Shown: piece by piece, positions 16,598 through 17,840 of the stretch | Layout of the letters: every line of letters begins with the position of its first letter | Numbering within the stretch: the first letter of the stretch is position 1 | Position numbers and translations under genes: made by a program | The notes under the pieces: generated by a model | Told to the model about the DNA's origin: nothing | What the model saw: the letters and a program-made list of their open reading frames with translations, nothing else | The model's database searches: none | NCBI GenBank assembly: GCA_964014485.1 | Contig: CAXHAT010000162.1 | Location: 1-17,840 of the forward strand | DNA: 17,840 nucleotides | From: an uncultured Deferribacteres bacterium | GTDB lineage: Bacteria; Zhuqueibacterota; Zhuqueibacteria; Zhuqueibacterales; Geothermadaptataceae | Direction of reading: 5' to 3'

Positions 16598-16654
16598 GAG
16601 AGACGGAAATACAAAAATTCCTTGCATCCAAATTTTCTGAAACATTAATTCGAT

Positions 16655-16681
16655 GAAACGTACGTTTCAAACGGTCGTTTT
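16655..16681. promoter_or_regulatory. Tandem PsrA-type TetR operator
   Basis: GAAACGTACGTTTC (perfect palindrome) overlapping CAAACGGTCGTTTT by one base, matching (C/G)AAAC-N4-GTTT(G/C), about 50 nt upstream of the TetR gene. Confidence 0.8.
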
Positions 16682-16730
16682 AATTGCCCGCAGATAAAAC
16701 TTCGATTATTTAACCCCGTTCGTACTCTTT

Positions 16731-17372
16731 ATGACCCCGCAGGATACGAAGAAACGCCTCTTGGAAGCTGCTGAAAAACTGTTCGCTGAGAATGGCTTTG
16801 AAGCGACTTCTCTCAGAAACATCACCTCGGAAGCCGGCGCCAATCTAGCATCAATACATTATCATTTTGGCTCAAAGGAAGCGCTGATTCAAGAAGTTTT
16901 TGCGCAATACATCAAGCCGGTCAACACCGAACGTCTGCGCTTGCTCGATGAGCTCGAAGCAAAAACGCCCATCCGCCTCGAAGCTGTTTTACGCTCATTC
17001 TTGACCCCGCTGATTAGATTTGACGAGGTCGCTGAAAGGGGAAAAACGATACACAAGCTTTTCGGACGGATATATTCCGAGTCCGAGAAAGTTCAACGGC
17101 TTGTCTTGGGACAGTTTGAAGAAGTTCGGACTCGCTACGCTTCGGCCATTCAACGAGTCTGTCCGCATCTCTTGCCGATAGAAGTTGCTTGGCGATTCAA
17201 ATTTATGGTGGGCTCCATGATGATGTTGTTGGTGAGTCATACCGGGTACGGCAAAGAATTGGAAGAAATGGAATCGTCGGAACATGTTGATGTTGTATTA
17301 GAAAAACTAACGTCGTTTCTCGTTGGCGGCTTCACTGCGCCGCCGGTCGCGAGCAGGAAAATTACCCAATAA
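16731..17372 (+). CDS. TetR/AcrR-family regulator, PsrA-like
   Basis: TKKRLLEAAEKLFAENGFEATSLRNITSEAGANLASIHYHFGSKEALI HTH; C-terminal WRFKFMVGSM...FLVGGFTAP as in PsrA-type proteins. Confidence 0.93.
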   Translation: MTPQDTKKRLLEAAEKLFAENGFEATSLRNITSEAGANLASIHYHFGSKEALIQEVFAQYIKPVNTERLRLLDELEAKTPIRLEAVLRSFLTPLIRFDEVAERGKTIHKLFGRIYSESEKVQRLVLGQFEEVRTRYASAIQRVCPHLLPIEVAWRFKFMVGSMMMLLVSHTGYGKELEEMESSEHVDVVLEKLTSFLVGGFTAPPVASRKITQ

Positions 17373-17383
17373 AGGACGTTGTA

Positions 17384-17840
17384 ATGATAAAAAAGATATT
17401 CATCTGCGCACTGATGGCGTTAACGGCGTGCGCGTCTCCGCCGAAGAAACGGCAGGCCATGCTGGAAGCTGACGTGCCGAAGCAATGGCAGGCTGTTGAT
17501 AATGCAGACGCATTTCAAGAAAACGCTTGGTGGCAATCGTTCGGTGACGCCGCACTCGACAGCATTGTGAACGAAGCGCTGGTGACAAACTATAACCTCA
17601 AGATTGCAGCGGCGCTCCTGAAAGCGGCTGAAGCGCAAGCGAAAATAGCGGGCGCTTCTCTCTACCCGAACGTCAATCTCAGCGGCTCTGGATCGAAAGT
17701 AAAGCAGAATTTCTCAGGCTCGGCTTTTGAAGGCGTTATTGGTGGAGATTCGCCTTTGGGCGGCGGCGGGAGCGATGAAGTTCCGTCCTTTACAACCAAG
17801 AACGTTGGCGTTTCGCGTGGCGCAAGGTGGGAGCTGGACC
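17384..17840 (+). CDS. Outer-membrane efflux lipoprotein, NodT/OprM/TolC family (5' part, runs off window)
   Basis: AAGGA RBS; MIKKIFICALMALTAC lipobox; WWQSFGDAALDSIVNEALVTNYNLKIAAA...LYPNVNL...WELD. Missed by the ORF track because no stop codon lies in the window. Confidence 0.93.
   Translation, partial: MIKKIFICALMALTACASPPKKRQAMLEADVPKQWQAVDNADAFQENAWWQSFGDAALDSIVNEALVTNYNLKIAAALLKAAEAQAKIAGASLYPNVNLSGSGSKVKQNFSGSAFEGVIGGDSPLGGGGSDEVPSFTTKNVGVSRGARWELD

Overview
Bacterial contig end (about 50% GC). The FlgD-Ig C-terminal tails and REP types suggest a KSB1/Calditrichota-like FCB lineage, but that is inference. Bases 1-46 are an untrimmed Illumina Nextera i5 adapter. Intact genes: a hypothetical protein, a membrane-anchored hypothetical protein, a partial LIV-type ABC operon (LivM + lipoprotein SBP), an MrfA/YprA-like DEAD/DEAH-DUF1998 helicase, a DtxR/MntR regulator, a GAF sigma-54 activator, an alpha/beta hydrolase, a Phd-like + PIN toxin-antitoxin (TA) pair, rfbB, a PsrA-like TetR with a tandem operator, and the 5' part of a NodT/TolC efflux lipoprotein. 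Three things stand out. (i) There is a dense series of truncated or 'hollowed-out' gene relics, several keeping a start and/or stop but lacking the middle: MetE-II::SSS chimera, AKR, lone Tat signal, doc, and two FlgD tails. (ii) 8.5-10.5 kb is a repeated [TA module ->][palindrome][<- FlgD-tail relic] unit in which both toxins are inactivated and both antitoxins are intact. (iii) Two families of ~200-240 bp TA-flanked MITE-like elements carry REP-type palindromes inside their terminal inverted repeats; one family has the same ends but different cargo and brackets a TA module.
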